Shown here: piece by piece, positions 55,207 to 64,000 of the stretch
Numbering within the stretch: position 1 is the first letter of the stretch
Layout of the letters: each line of letters starts with the position of its first letter
Origin: Anaerolineales bacterium
GTDB lineage: Bacteria; Chloroflexota; Anaerolineae; Anaerolineales; UBA11858
NCBI GenBank assembly: GCA_024763275.1
Contig: JANTFT010000001.1
Location: 63,457-127,456 of the forward strand
Direction: 5' to 3'
DNA: 64,000 nucleotides
The notes under the pieces: generated by a model
Told to the model about the DNA's origin: nothing
The model's input: the letters and a program-made list of their open reading frames with translations, nothing else
Databases searched by the model: none
Translations under genes and position numbers: made by a program

Positions 55207-56115
55207 TTATGCAGGAGATCTCCTGAACCAGGTTTTCCACTCTTTGTTCTCCCAGACTACCAGGATAGGCGAGGCGTTGAAGATGGAAGAGTAAGTTCCT
55301 GAAAAGACGCCTATCAGCAGGATCAACACGAAGTGGCGGATTGTGCTGCCTCCAAATAATACCAGGGAGAGCAGGGTTAGCATCACGGTCAACTGGGTGT
55401 TGATCGAGCGAGCAAAGGTTTGTATGATGGAGGTATTGACGACTGTTTCGAAGGGCTGTTTGCGCTGGAGCCGGGCATTTTCGCGGATTCTGTCAAAGAC
55501 AACGATCGAATCGTGAACTGAAAACCCGATCACAGTCAGCAGGGCGGTCAGAAACAGGGCGTCGGCTTCCCAACCAAGAAAGTGTCCCAGGATGGCTTCC
55601 ACTCCCAGGACTACAACCACGTCATGGAGCATGGCCAGGATGGCGGCAATCCCATAGCGGTGGGCGTGTTTGACTCCTCGGAAAGCATAGGTGATGTAGA
55701 TCAGAATACCCAGGGAGGCCAGCCCAACAGCTCCGGCAGCCCGCTGAGCCACTTCCTTCCCGATCGTCGGTCCAACGCTTTCAAAGCGGTTCAACTCGAC
55801 ATTGGTGTTGTAACGGCTTTCAATTTCCGAGATGATCGTTCCTAAAGTTCCCTCATCCATGGCTTTTGAGCGGATGATCAGGATGTCGTTGCCAGAAGTC
55901 TGGATTTTAGTGTCCGTGAATCCCTGTTCCGCAAAGATTGCCAGCACGCCCTCAGTGTCCGGGAGAGTATTATCGACCCGGATCTCCAGGTAACTGCCCC
56001 CTGAAAAGTCGATCCCGGTTGGCAAACCCCATGCCAGTAAAGCGGCCATCCCGGGCAGGATGACGACGAGCGAGATGGCAAAATACAGATAACGGTGTTT
56101 GATGATATTGATCAT
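55207..56115 (-). CDS. secF: protein translocase subunit SecF
   Basis: Six-TM SecF pattern (GIDFSGG, FDRIREN). Overlaps secD by 4 nt. Confidence 0.9.
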   Translation of the reverse strand: MINIIKHRYLYFAISLVVILPGMAALLAWGLPTGIDFSGGSYLEIRVDNTLPDTEGVLAIFAEQGFTDTKIQTSGNDILIIRSKAMDEGTLGTIISEIESRYNTNVELNRFESVGPTIGKEVAQRAAGAVGLASLGILIYITYAFRGVKHAHRYGIAAILAMLHDVVVVLGVEAILGHFLGWEADALFLTALLTVIGFSVHDSIVVFDRIRENARLQRKQPFETVVNTSIIQTFARSINTQLTVMLTLLSLVLFGGSTIRHFVLILLIGVFSGTYSSIFNASPILVVWENKEWKTWFRRSPA

Positions 56116-57476
56116 GATTTCACTCCAAACAATCTCGGATGCTGTGACGCTTTGATATTATCCAGGACGAGGTGCAGGAAAGTCCTGGTTGCGGTTACAG
56201 CGGTGAACAAACTGACCATAACTCCAATGGCCAGAGTCAGCGAGAAGCCTTTGACGATACTGGCACCGAAAGTGGAGCCGAACCAGAAGAGGATGGCCGA
56301 GGTGATCAGCGTTGAGATATTCGAGTCCCGAATCGACGGCCAGGCTCTCTCCCAACCAATTGAGATTGCGGAATGGAGCGAGGCTCCTTTGCGCATTTCC
56401 TCTCTCATCCTTTCGAAAATGAGCACGTTGGCATCCACCGCAACCCCAATACTCAAGACAAACCCGGCGATTCCCGGCAGGGTCAGGGTAACTGGGATCC
56501 ATTTATAGATGGCGAAAGTCAACAGGGCGTACATCATCAGGGCAAAGTCGGCGATGACCCCGGGCAGGCGGTAATAAAGAGCCATGAACAGCATCACTGC
56601 GACCAGGCCGATGATCCCGGCTTTCAAACTCTTTTGGAGGGATTCTTCGCCCAGTGTTGGCCCAATGGTCTCTGTTTGGACGACCTTGAGGGGAACGGGC
56701 AGGGCACCGTACTGCAGCTGGATTGACAGATTGCGGGCGGTTTCCCGGGTAAAGTTCCCTGTGATAGATCCCCGGCCAGCTGTAATTGGTTCCTGGATGC
56801 GGGGAGCTGAGATGAGCTCTTTGTCGAGGACGATAGCCAGTATTTTCCCGACGTTTGCAGTTGTGTAATCCCTGAAAATCTGGGCACCTTCCGTTGTAAG
56901 TTCAAAGACGACCAGGTAGTTCCCCGCCGCGTCAGTAGTTACACCCACGCCCTTAATGGCCGACCCGGTCATCACTGTGTGAAAAACCTGTTCTTCCGAA
57001 GTTGGGTTAGCAGATTCCAGTTCATCGCTGGCAGTTTGATAATCAGTCAGGATTTTTGTATGAAGCAGCTGGGTTACTTCCTGACTTGAGATATCCTTGA
57101 AGTCAACGAATTCCAGCAGGGCCGTGTCCTTGATAGTGGAGAGGGCTTTTTCTGGATCTTTCTGCCCTGGCAGTTCAACCAGGATGCGGCGGTCACCGGC
57201 CACCTGCACTACGGCCTCACTGACTCCCAGGCCGTTTACGCGGTCTTCGATGATTTGCCGGGCCGTCTGCATGTTCTCCTGGGTTACTTCCACATCCGGT
57301 GGTAGGTCCGCTTCTAGCAGGGCCTGTACGCCACCAACCAGATCCAGCCCCAGCTGGGTATTGAAATCCCTTGGATTTTTACCGAGTTTGATTCCCCCGT
57401 GATTGGGCAGGTCAATATAGAGTGATATCCCGAGCAAGATCAAAATCGGGATTATCCAGCGTCGATTTTGTTTCAT
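56112..57476 (-). CDS. secD: protein translocase subunit SecD
   Basis: LGLDLVGG, the periplasmic P1 domain, and C-terminal TM bundle with LTLPGIAGFVLSIGVAVDANVLIFER. ATG 57476 has a GGAGGAAG SD. Confidence 0.9.
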   Translation of the reverse strand: MKQNRRWIIPILILLGISLYIDLPNHGGIKLGKNPRDFNTQLGLDLVGGVQALLEADLPPDVEVTQENMQTARQIIEDRVNGLGVSEAVVQVAGDRRILVELPGQKDPEKALSTIKDTALLEFVDFKDISSQEVTQLLHTKILTDYQTASDELESANPTSEEQVFHTVMTGSAIKGVGVTTDAAGNYLVVFELTTEGAQIFRDYTTANVGKILAIVLDKELISAPRIQEPITAGRGSITGNFTRETARNLSIQLQYGALPVPLKVVQTETIGPTLGEESLQKSLKAGIIGLVAVMLFMALYYRLPGVIADFALMMYALLTFAIYKWIPVTLTLPGIAGFVLSIGVAVDANVLIFERMREEMRKGASLHSAISIGWERAWPSIRDSNISTLITSAILFWFGSTFGASIVKGFSLTLAIGVMVSLFTAVTATRTFLHLVLDNIKASQHPRLFGVKS

Positions 57477-57550
57477 TTGTGAGACTCTTCCTCCAGCCCC
57501 CGGGTCCATCCAGGGCTGATATGGATCATACAATCAACTTAACAGGCAAA

Positions 57551-57579
57551 TTTATACTCCCTATTTGGCTGTCTGTCAA
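57551..57579 (-). promoter_or_regulatory. sigma70-type promoter TTGACA-17 nt-TATAAA for secDF
   Basis: Minus strand hexamers at 57579-57574 and 57556-57551 with exact 17-nt spacing. Confidence 0.7.
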
Positions 57580-57688
57580 ACCCCCCTTGGCTGTAAATTT
57601 CCCCCTTACTGACTTTTGACATCCAGAAAGATGAGCTGTTTCCCATCTGGTTCTGCTCTCAAATACCTTGATATGGCCTGCCTGGGGG

Positions 57689-59209
57689 TCAAATCTCGTC
57701 GCGGGGCTGGTACTGAAGGGCTTCTGCCAGGTGGATGGAAGTGATGTTCTCGGACCCGGCCAGATCCGCGATGGTGCGCGACAATTTCAAAACCCGGTGG
57801 TAAGCCCGGGCGGATAATCCCAGCTGAGAGAGGGCGCCGCGCATCAAAGCCCGGGATTCCTGGTCGAGCTGGCAGAACTGGCGGATCTCCTTGGGAAGCA
57901 TATCCCCGTTGGCCCTGCTTGAGGAGCCAGCCAGCCGCTGGGCCTGGATCTGGCGGGCTTTTTCAACTCGCCGGCGGACCTGCGCGGAAGGTTCGCCCAG
58001 GCGGTCGGAGCTCAGCTTCTCGAAATCGACTCGCGGCACGGATACCAGGATATCGATCCGGTCCAGGATAGGCCCGGAGAGCCGCTTCTGGTAGCGGGTG
58101 ATGGTTGCTGCCGAGCAGGTACAGGCTTTAAGGGGGTCCCCATAATAGCCGCAGGGACAGGGGTTCATGGCAGCTACCAGCATGAAGTTGGCTGGAAAGG
58201 TCAGTGAGCCCTGGGCCCGACTGATGGTAACGGCTTTATCTTCCAATGGCTGGCGCAGTACTTCCAGGACCCGGCGGCCGAACTCGGGAAACTCATCCAG
58301 AAAAAGCACGCCCCGGTGGGCCAGGGATATTTCCCCGGGCTGGGGCCAGGTGCCTCCGCCTACCAGACCGGCGTGGGAGATGGTGTGGTGGGGCGCCCGG
58401 AAAGGACGCTGCTGGATCAGGGGTGTATGAGCGGGCAGCCGGTCCAGAATAGAGTAAATTCGGGTCACGTCGAGGGCTTCTTCGATGGACATAGCAGGCA
58501 TGATGCCAGGAAGCGCCCGGGCCAGCAGAGTCTTACCTGCCCCGGGCGGACCGACCATGAGCATGTTGTGATTTCCGGCGGCCGCCACTTCCAGGGCGCG
58601 TTTGACGTGCTCCTGGCCTTTGATCTCCTGGAAATCTGTTTGGGCCTGCGGGGGCGGCAGCTCATCCGAAGGAGACCGCTGGAAAGGGAGGATCGGACTG
58701 TCCCCGGTTAAATGCCAGACCAGCTCTTCCAGGGAATGGACCGGGAAGACCTCCAGCTCCGGGATCAAGGCGGCCTCCGGGGCATCTGGTGCTGGAACGC
58801 AGATGCCCTGGAATCCTCTCTCCTTGGCCATAGCTGCCATGGGCAGCAGGCCCGGGGTGTGGCGAACGGTTCCATCCAGAGAGAGTTCCCCGACGATGAT
58901 CAGCTTCTCGGCCGCCTCTCCGGGGATGATTCCCTCTGTGATTAAGATGCCCACGGCCATCGGCAGGTCGTAGGCTGGCCCTTCTTTGCGCACGTTGGCG
59001 GGAGCCAGGTTTATGATTAACGATTTACGGGGGAATGGCACAGGGATGTTCTGGATGGCGGCCCGGACCCGCTCGCGGCTTTCCTTGACGGCGGTATCAG
59101 GCAGACCTACTACAATGATGTAGCCAAAACCATGGGTGGTATCGACCTCTACCTCTACTAAAACCCCCTCCAGCCCCAGCACGGCGCAGGAGTGAACGCG
59201 TGCAGGCAT
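57689..59209 (-). CDS. comM: YifB/ComM-family Mg-chelatase-like AAA+ ATPase
   Basis: N-terminal Lon-protease-like domain, Walker A GPPGAGKT, and the ChlI-type motif VLFLDE. ATG 59209 preferred. Confidence 0.9.
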   Translation of the reverse strand: MPARVHSCAVLGLEGVLVEVEVDTTHGFGYIIVVGLPDTAVKESRERVRAAIQNIPVPFPRKSLIINLAPANVRKEGPAYDLPMAVGILITEGIIPGEAAEKLIIVGELSLDGTVRHTPGLLPMAAMAKERGFQGICVPAPDAPEAALIPELEVFPVHSLEELVWHLTGDSPILPFQRSPSDELPPPQAQTDFQEIKGQEHVKRALEVAAAGNHNMLMVGPPGAGKTLLARALPGIMPAMSIEEALDVTRIYSILDRLPAHTPLIQQRPFRAPHHTISHAGLVGGGTWPQPGEISLAHRGVLFLDEFPEFGRRVLEVLRQPLEDKAVTISRAQGSLTFPANFMLVAAMNPCPCGYYGDPLKACTCSAATITRYQKRLSGPILDRIDILVSVPRVDFEKLSSDRLGEPSAQVRRRVEKARQIQAQRLAGSSSRANGDMLPKEIRQFCQLDQESRALMRGALSQLGLSARAYHRVLKLSRTIADLAGSENITSIHLAEALQYQPRDEI

Positions 59210-59215
59210 GGTTTC

Positions 59216-59244
59216 AGTGTATAAAAAACCAGTCTGGTTGTCAA
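59216..59244 (-). promoter_or_regulatory. promoter TTGACA-17 nt-TACACT ending 6 nt before the comM ATG (leaderless-type)
   Basis: Minus strand reads TTGACA accagactggtttttta TACACT gaaacc ATG. Confidence 0.6.
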
Positions 59245-59424
59245 TTCGTAAGGGAGTTTGATTTCGGTTCTGACAGCCAGCGTTAGAGACTGGAGGCAAA
59301 ATCCCTGCCCGATCCTTCTAATTTCGCTATAATCATACAGAAATAGCTCCTCTACCAGCTGACGGCAGAAGACGCAGTTAAGACATAGTTCCTCGTTTCG
59401 TTTACTTGATAGGAGGGATAATAT

Positions 59425-60060
59425 ATGATCAGCGAATCTGCCAGCCAGGCGCTGGCTATCCTGCGGGACCCAGGCCAGTTTCAATGGTATGTCATCACCC
59501 TGTTTGCCCTGGTGGTATACGTTTATGCGGTCGAGATCGAACGGCGGAACTGGAACCTGGTCTTTGCGGGCCTGGCTTTCTGGGGTATGGATTGGTTCAA
59601 TGAACTGTGGAACAGCCTGGTCTTCCACCTGACGGATTACGCACCGGTCTGGGGTGCGCCAGGGAAGACCGCATACCTGATCCTGATCGGCCTTAATATC
59701 GAGATCTGCTTCATGTTCGCCATCGCCGGGATCGGGTTTGGGAAGATGCTGCCACCGGATAAGGATCTTAAGATCCTGGGTATTCCCAACCGGCTGCTGA
59801 TCGCCATCGGCGGCTCTGCTTTCTGTGTTTTCGTTGAGATCCTGCTGAACAGGATGGGAGCGCTGACCTGGGATTACAGCTGGTGGAATGCCGGAGCTCC
59901 CTGGCTGATCTTCCTGATCGGCTACCTGCCCTTCTTCCTGGTCTCCTTCTGGGTCCATGATCTGGAAAGTCTGAAGGAAAAACTGACCGTTGTGAGTCTG
60001 GTTTACGGTGTTGACCTGGCCCTGGTGGGGGTTTTGGGGATTGGGTTGGGTTGGCTTTGA
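59425..60060 (+). CDS. hypothetical integral membrane protein (about 6 TM)
   Basis: Strong SD TAGGAGGGA. Hydrophobic helices. The overlapping 338-aa minus-strand ORF has antisense-type Q/P/D-rich composition. Confidence 0.55.
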   Translation: MISESASQALAILRDPGQFQWYVITLFALVVYVYAVEIERRNWNLVFAGLAFWGMDWFNELWNSLVFHLTDYAPVWGAPGKTAYLILIGLNIEICFMFAIAGIGFGKMLPPDKDLKILGIPNRLLIAIGGSAFCVFVEILLNRMGALTWDYSWWNAGAPWLIFLIGYLPFFLVSFWVHDLESLKEKLTVVSLVYGVDLALVGVLGIGLGWL

Positions 60061-60360
60061 AAACTGAGGATTTCGTTCAAAATGCCTGCATAGTACTGCT
60101 CCTGCACCAATAAACCAGACCTGAAGCAAGCAAGCTGCCGGTGTACCTGGCAGGTCAGGTTGGGCCAGAACCATCTCTTGCGCTGGAAGTTGAATGCCTC
60201 AGCAGCTCCTACTTGGGGGTATGAAAGGAGTGCAAGGAATCCGGATCTGGATCTGCCGCCAGTTCTTCCTCGAGCGCTTCGATCTGTTCCCGAGAATTCT
60301 CCAGAACAATAAAAAGAGGGGCCCTGTCAATAATGGGCTGGATCGTTTCCGGGCGATTTT

Positions 60361-61866
60361 TTACTGATCGGCGAGGAAATTCCTGGTGGTTTCAATCCTT
60401 TCACTGGTATGTTGAACCAGACCTGCTAGCGACCGGTCAAAGACCTGAGGTGCAAGGGCCAGCTTAAAACCCTCACTCTCCGCAAGTACATAGGGAGCAA
60501 TCAGGTCATGGTAGTACTGGTAGGTCTCCTCCATCTCCTCCAGGATGAACACCTCGTCCAGAAAGGCTTCCAGATAAGCCAGATACTTCTGGTAGTAGAC
60601 TGGATCATCCCGCAGATAGCTGATCAGGGGCCATTCATCGCCTACAGTGCTGAGATCCAAGGGGAGGGATTTCCTCGTCCCGGACCCGGGGTCCAGGGCT
60701 TGATTGTTGTCCCAGGGAATCCATACCAATTGGCCGGACTCGGGGTCATTGTAGAGGTAGTAGTTGTGACTGGCCACCCCATAGCAGTCCCAATTCTGGA
60801 TGACGGTGTTCACGGCCAGCCAGTTGAGAAAGGTGTCCACATTAAAGACGGCTTTCAGTCCCTCCCTCCAGCTTTCCGGGTCAGAGATTCGGGTTTCAGA
60901 GTGCAGAGCATCGTAGAGGGCCAGGATATCGCTGTAATCGTCCTCCTCCTGGTTGGTCTCCTTGTCGAAGCTGGCTTCAGAGAATGATCCTTCCGCGAAA
61001 GTCGCCCCGGCCCCCTCTGGCTTATAGACATTTCCGCTGTCATCGCTGAATTGGGTTTCGATCACGGTGTCATCCACGATTTCCACCGCGGTGTAGAGCC
61101 CAAAATAGACCGGACCCTCGCCACAGTCTACGCTGACACTGTAAAAGGCTGTATGGGCTGCAGGAACCCCTGCGTCCCGGAGGAGGTCGGCGGCGATCTT
61201 TTCATGAAGGAATGAGTCGTCATGGAAGTTGCTGGAGAGACTGAGCTGCTTGAATCCATAAAACCGCTGGTTCTCTGTTTCTGGATACTCGTCCTCGTAC
61301 TGGTCAAAATCGAGCTTGAAAGGGAGTTTCAGGGAGCCGGCCCCCCAGGTGGACTTTAAGCTCGAGTTGCCTTTAAAGCGGACCCCGACATGCTCCCAGT
61401 TCTGGCCCTCAAAGCTGATCTCTGCTTCCACCCAGATGGGATTCTGATCATCCGCCCCGCCGATGAACATGCCCTGGTCGGCCGGGCGTCCGGCGGGAGC
61501 TCCTGCCGGATGGTCCTCCCCCGGAGGGGCGGGATTGTCCTCTTCCTGAGGGGGTGGACCGCCGGCCCGGGGGCTCTGACCGCTGCCCGGTTCGCCGTAC
61601 AGTTCAGTCAGATCATCCAGCATCGCCTGCCAGTTGTCAGGTGAGATGATGATAGTGATCTCATTGACCCTGTCCTGGGGAAAGACGATCCCGTAATCCG
61701 GCTCATCCCCAACTGAGCTGCTTGCTTCCTCGCTCCAGGGTTGAGGGCTGGCACTGTAGATCCCTTCCGCATCTCCATCCGAGGATGAACCTTCCAGCTG
61801 GATGCAGGCACTGACGACCAATGCCAAGACCGCCAGAGTTATAAACACGATGTTCATCTTTTTCAT
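60361..61866 (-). CDS. cotH: CotH-family atypical kinase-like protein, secreted lipoprotein with Pro-rich linker
   Basis: Signal peptide plus lipobox LVVSAC. CotH-like core (KLPFKLDFDQYEDEYP, FYGFKQLSLSSNFHDDSFLHEKIAADLLRDAGVPA, GNVYKPEG). Confidence 0.7.
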   Translation of the reverse strand: MKKMNIVFITLAVLALVVSACIQLEGSSSDGDAEGIYSASPQPWSEEASSSVGDEPDYGIVFPQDRVNEITIIISPDNWQAMLDDLTELYGEPGSGQSPRAGGPPPQEEDNPAPPGEDHPAGAPAGRPADQGMFIGGADDQNPIWVEAEISFEGQNWEHVGVRFKGNSSLKSTWGAGSLKLPFKLDFDQYEDEYPETENQRFYGFKQLSLSSNFHDDSFLHEKIAADLLRDAGVPAAHTAFYSVSVDCGEGPVYFGLYTAVEIVDDTVIETQFSDDSGNVYKPEGAGATFAEGSFSEASFDKETNQEEDDYSDILALYDALHSETRISDPESWREGLKAVFNVDTFLNWLAVNTVIQNWDCYGVASHNYYLYNDPESGQLVWIPWDNNQALDPGSGTRKSLPLDLSTVGDEWPLISYLRDDPVYYQKYLAYLEAFLDEVFILEEMEETYQYYHDLIAPYVLAESEGFKLALAPQVFDRSLAGLVQHTSERIETTRNFLADQ

Positions 61867-61871
61867 TGGAT

Positions 61872-62534
61872 TCACCTTGCCCTCTCCCAGGATGTGGGGG
61901 GTAACCTGTGCTTATTCCCCGGCGGGGTGCTGGCTGCGGGGATCTCAAGGGACCCTGGTTGCTTTTTGTCATTATAGATGATTTTGATTCTGGCTGTGTC
62001 CTTCAACAGGTTGATGCGGCCAATTTCCAGACGGTGGATGATCATCCCGGTGCGTTCTTCCAGATCCGCGATCAGCAATCCTCGGTTCTCAGGACGGATG
62101 AGGTCGATCCTGTCATAGGTGATGGTCTGGGAGGATTCAAAAGCGAACCCCCATTCATTTTCCAGGGTGAATAAGATAGCTATCACACCCAGATTAGCGA
62201 TCACCAATTCCATCCAATGGTCCCCAGTGGCGGCTGTCGCGTTCATCACCGGCAATGCAGCGATGATGAACAGGTAGGTCATCTCCCGGATGGGGATGGG
62301 GTTTGTGCGGTAGCGCAGCACGGAAAAGATCGCGAAAAGACCGAATCCGACCCCGATGCTCATGTCCACGCTGGCCATCATACTCAACACGAAGAAGATG
62401 ATGGCGTTGAAGGACAGAAAGGTGAAGACATATTTCTTGCTGTGGTGTCTGGGGTAGTAGATCCAGCGCACCAGGATGATGGCGGTAGCCAGATTCAACC
62501 CGAATGCTGTCAGGAAATCAAAAAGTCCGTTCAT
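61872..62534 (-). CDS. DUF4956-family membrane protein
   Basis: The pattern IYYPRHHSKKYVFTFLSFN...FGLFAIFSVLRYRTNPIPIREMTYLF matches my memory of DUF4956. GGAGG SD. Confidence 0.65.
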   Translation of the reverse strand: MNGLFDFLTAFGLNLATAIILVRWIYYPRHHSKKYVFTFLSFNAIIFFVLSMMASVDMSIGVGFGLFAIFSVLRYRTNPIPIREMTYLFIIAALPVMNATAATGDHWMELVIANLGVIAILFTLENEWGFAFESSQTITYDRIDLIRPENRGLLIADLEERTGMIIHRLEIGRINLLKDTARIKIIYNDKKQPGSLEIPAASTPPGNKHRLPPTSWERAR

Positions 62535-63366
62535 TTAGTTTGCCTCCAGTTGTGAAGTGGTTAATCGACCGCAGGACTGGTTTGAAGCGGTTGTGTTTCA
62601 GGGCAGGGTTCAGCAGCGCGCTTCCGGCGCAGTATTTGCTGAAACTTACCGGACGTACGCCCTTATCCTTGAAGCGCTTGATCGCTGGTGACTGGCGATC
62701 TCTGGAACTCTGCTTGACTTCGGCGATCATCAGTCCTGGCAGACGTCTTGACCGTTTTCCTGCCGAGAAAGAAAGCTGGAAATCCAGGGTGATCCTTTCC
62801 CGCCCCCCGGCATGCACCAGGGTGACCCTGGAATAGCTTGTTTCCAGTACAGCCTGCAGCGAAGCGGGTTGGACTGGGAGCGCTCCCCCGGCCAGCTCAT
62901 TCACCAGGATGGGGTAGGCGGCGGGGCTGCCGGCGGCTTTCAAGCGGGTTTTGTGGGTTCTGTCGTGGTTGTCCCGGCATTTGATTTCCAGAAAGGTTGA
63001 GCCGGAATTAAGATATATCCTCTGGCGGATCTTCCAGCGCGGCTGAGTTCCCGCATGATGCTGGTGATAGAACAGCAGATCCGGCGTATCGTAGTAGACC
63101 GTCCGGTACTGGAATATTCGGCCTCTGGCTATTTCCAGTATCTGGTATTCCTGCTCCAGCCCCCTCAGCAGGGAGGAGAGCCAGTCCTGGCGGAAGAGGA
63201 ACTTGGTATCCTGGCGGTCGAGCAGGGCGGCTGATCCGAGATCCTCTAGATGAACGGCTGGAAAGCGCCCCAATTCCTCCGACAGGGAAATACCCTGGTG
63301 AGAAAAGAAATAGGGGAGAAAAGCTGTTTGCGACAGACGGGGTGGAAGGGAACAGGTATTTGTCAT
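62518..63366 (-). CDS. VTC-domain (CYTH-like, polyphosphate-polymerase-type) protein
   Basis: The RQDTKFL...YRTVYYDTPDLLFY...RWKIRQRIY...FLEIK pattern is typical of bacterial VTC-domain proteins. Overlaps the DUF4956 gene by 17 nt. Confidence 0.65.
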   Translation of the reverse strand: MTNTCSLPPRLSQTAFLPYFFSHQGISLSEELGRFPAVHLEDLGSAALLDRQDTKFLFRQDWLSSLLRGLEQEYQILEIARGRIFQYRTVYYDTPDLLFYHQHHAGTQPRWKIRQRIYLNSGSTFLEIKCRDNHDRTHKTRLKAAGSPAAYPILVNELAGGALPVQPASLQAVLETSYSRVTLVHAGGRERITLDFQLSFSAGKRSRRLPGLMIAEVKQSSRDRQSPAIKRFKDKGVRPVSFSKYCAGSALLNPALKHNRFKPVLRSINHFTTGGKLNERTF

Positions 63367-63524
63367 GGGTTCGTCCTCACTTACCCCAGGATACACAGGG
63401 AATGTTTAGGAATAATTAAGCTGCTGTAAAAAGAAGGTAAGCTGTTTGTAACGGGCCCTCAGAAGATTTTTTAAGATTTATCCCTGGAAAATCAGGAACA
63501 TTTCCGTGCTACAATATCGTTACT

Positions 63525-63938
63525 ATGGTAGAGAAAAAGAAAAGCCCAGCGGGATCTGGTTTCTGGCAGATCGTTTTCCCCGCATCTGTCAGTGCGCTCC
63601 TGGTGATCTTGCTAGGGGGCTGGTTTGTCATCTCCACCAGCCCGGGAAACCTGTCCCGCTTTGCGGAAATCTCAACTGTCCTGCTGGTAGTTCCAGTGTA
63701 TATCATTGCTCTGGTGTTCGCCCTGCTGCTGGTGGGGTTGATCTACCTGGTAGGACGGGTCAGGGAGTTGATTCCCCGGGCAACAGGACCGGTTTTGAGG
63801 CTGCTGGAAAGGACCCGTCAGATTGCCGGAGCAGTCTCAAGGAACGCAGCCGGATTGATTATCATCCCAACCTCTTTGCTGGCAGGTTTTCGGAGAAAAA
63901 ATCCCCCTACTGATCAGGAAATCAAGATAAATGATTAA
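63525..63938 (+). CDS. hypothetical membrane protein (137 aa, 3 TM)
   Basis: ORF with hydrophobic helices. TACAAT lies 9 nt upstream of the ATG and there is no SD. Confidence 0.45.
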   Translation: MVEKKKSPAGSGFWQIVFPASVSALLVILLGGWFVISTSPGNLSRFAEISTVLLVVPVYIIALVFALLLVGLIYLVGRVRELIPRATGPVLRLLERTRQIAGAVSRNAAGLIIIPTSLLAGFRRKNPPTDQEIKIND

Positions 63939-63957
63939 CAAAGGTGGTACGCAGATA

Positions 63958-64000
63958 TGAACGTTGAAGGTCAGGAAAAACAAGCCAATTACAATCTTTA
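63958..64000 (+). CDS. 5' end of an unidentified CDS running off the window
   Basis: ATG 63958 is preceded by AAAGGTGG. Only 14 codons are visible. Confidence 0.25.

Noticed and set aside
59158-60174. 338-aa minus-strand ORF overlapping the 211-aa plus-strand membrane-protein ORF
   Set aside because: Its Gln/Pro/Asp/Gly-rich low-complexity translation is typical of the antisense strand of a membrane-protein gene. The plus-strand ORF has a strong TAGGAGGGA SD and coherent TM helices.
60209-60390. Roughly 58-codon open frame (-1 relative to cotH) across the cotH stop, ending ...SREQIEALEEELAADPDPDSLHSFHTPK
   Set aside because: It looks protein-like but has no ATG, GTG or TTG start until near its end. 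There is no X-XXY-YYZ slippery heptamer at the cotH terminus to support -1 frameshifting. An open frame of this length is not rare by chance. It might be a gene remnant.

Overview
64-kb chromosomal window from a moderately GC-rich bacterium. I call about 60 protein genes, 3 tRNAs, no rRNA, no CRISPR array, and no transposase, integrase or phage genes. The lineage cannot be established from this window; the gene content, a Gram-positive-type SOS box and many apparently leaderless starts would fit an anaerobic Chloroflexota/Anaerolineae-like organism. Housekeeping genes: radA, uvrA, rnhA, a tRNA-dihydrouridine synthase, secDF, comM/yifB, and a Phe-Gly-Cys tRNA operon. The metabolic core is a C1 block, folD-fhs-fdhD-(NuoE-like)-(NuoF-like)-fdhA. 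In it the formate dehydrogenase catalytic gene is interrupted by an in-frame TGA that I read as selenocysteine, with a SECIS-like hairpin 12 nt downstream. Diverging from this block is a long minus-strand gene string: panB, a low-GC four-helix-bundle cassette flanked by inverted repeats, an unrecognisable 420-aa protein, CoA-transferase A/B, a methyltransferase, a GH3-type adenylating enzyme, an HD-GYP sensor and an ADP-forming acetyl-CoA synthetase. Other items worth a second look: (1) a promoter, 24-codon ORF and tandem-terminator leader with mutually exclusive pairings upstream of an MFS drug/H+ antiporter; (2) a perfect AGAAC-N4-GTTCT SOS box on the promoter of an uncharacterised small ORF; (3) a second NuoE/NuoF pair in a lower-GC block with three two-component genes; (4) a translationally coupled VTC-DUF4956-CotH trio; (5) an atypical GGQ-domain protein; (6) a long, eukaryote-like formate-THF ligase; (7) two CooC Ni-insertion ATPases with no CODH nearby. 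Every functional call comes from reading motifs by eye. No database search or folding program was run.
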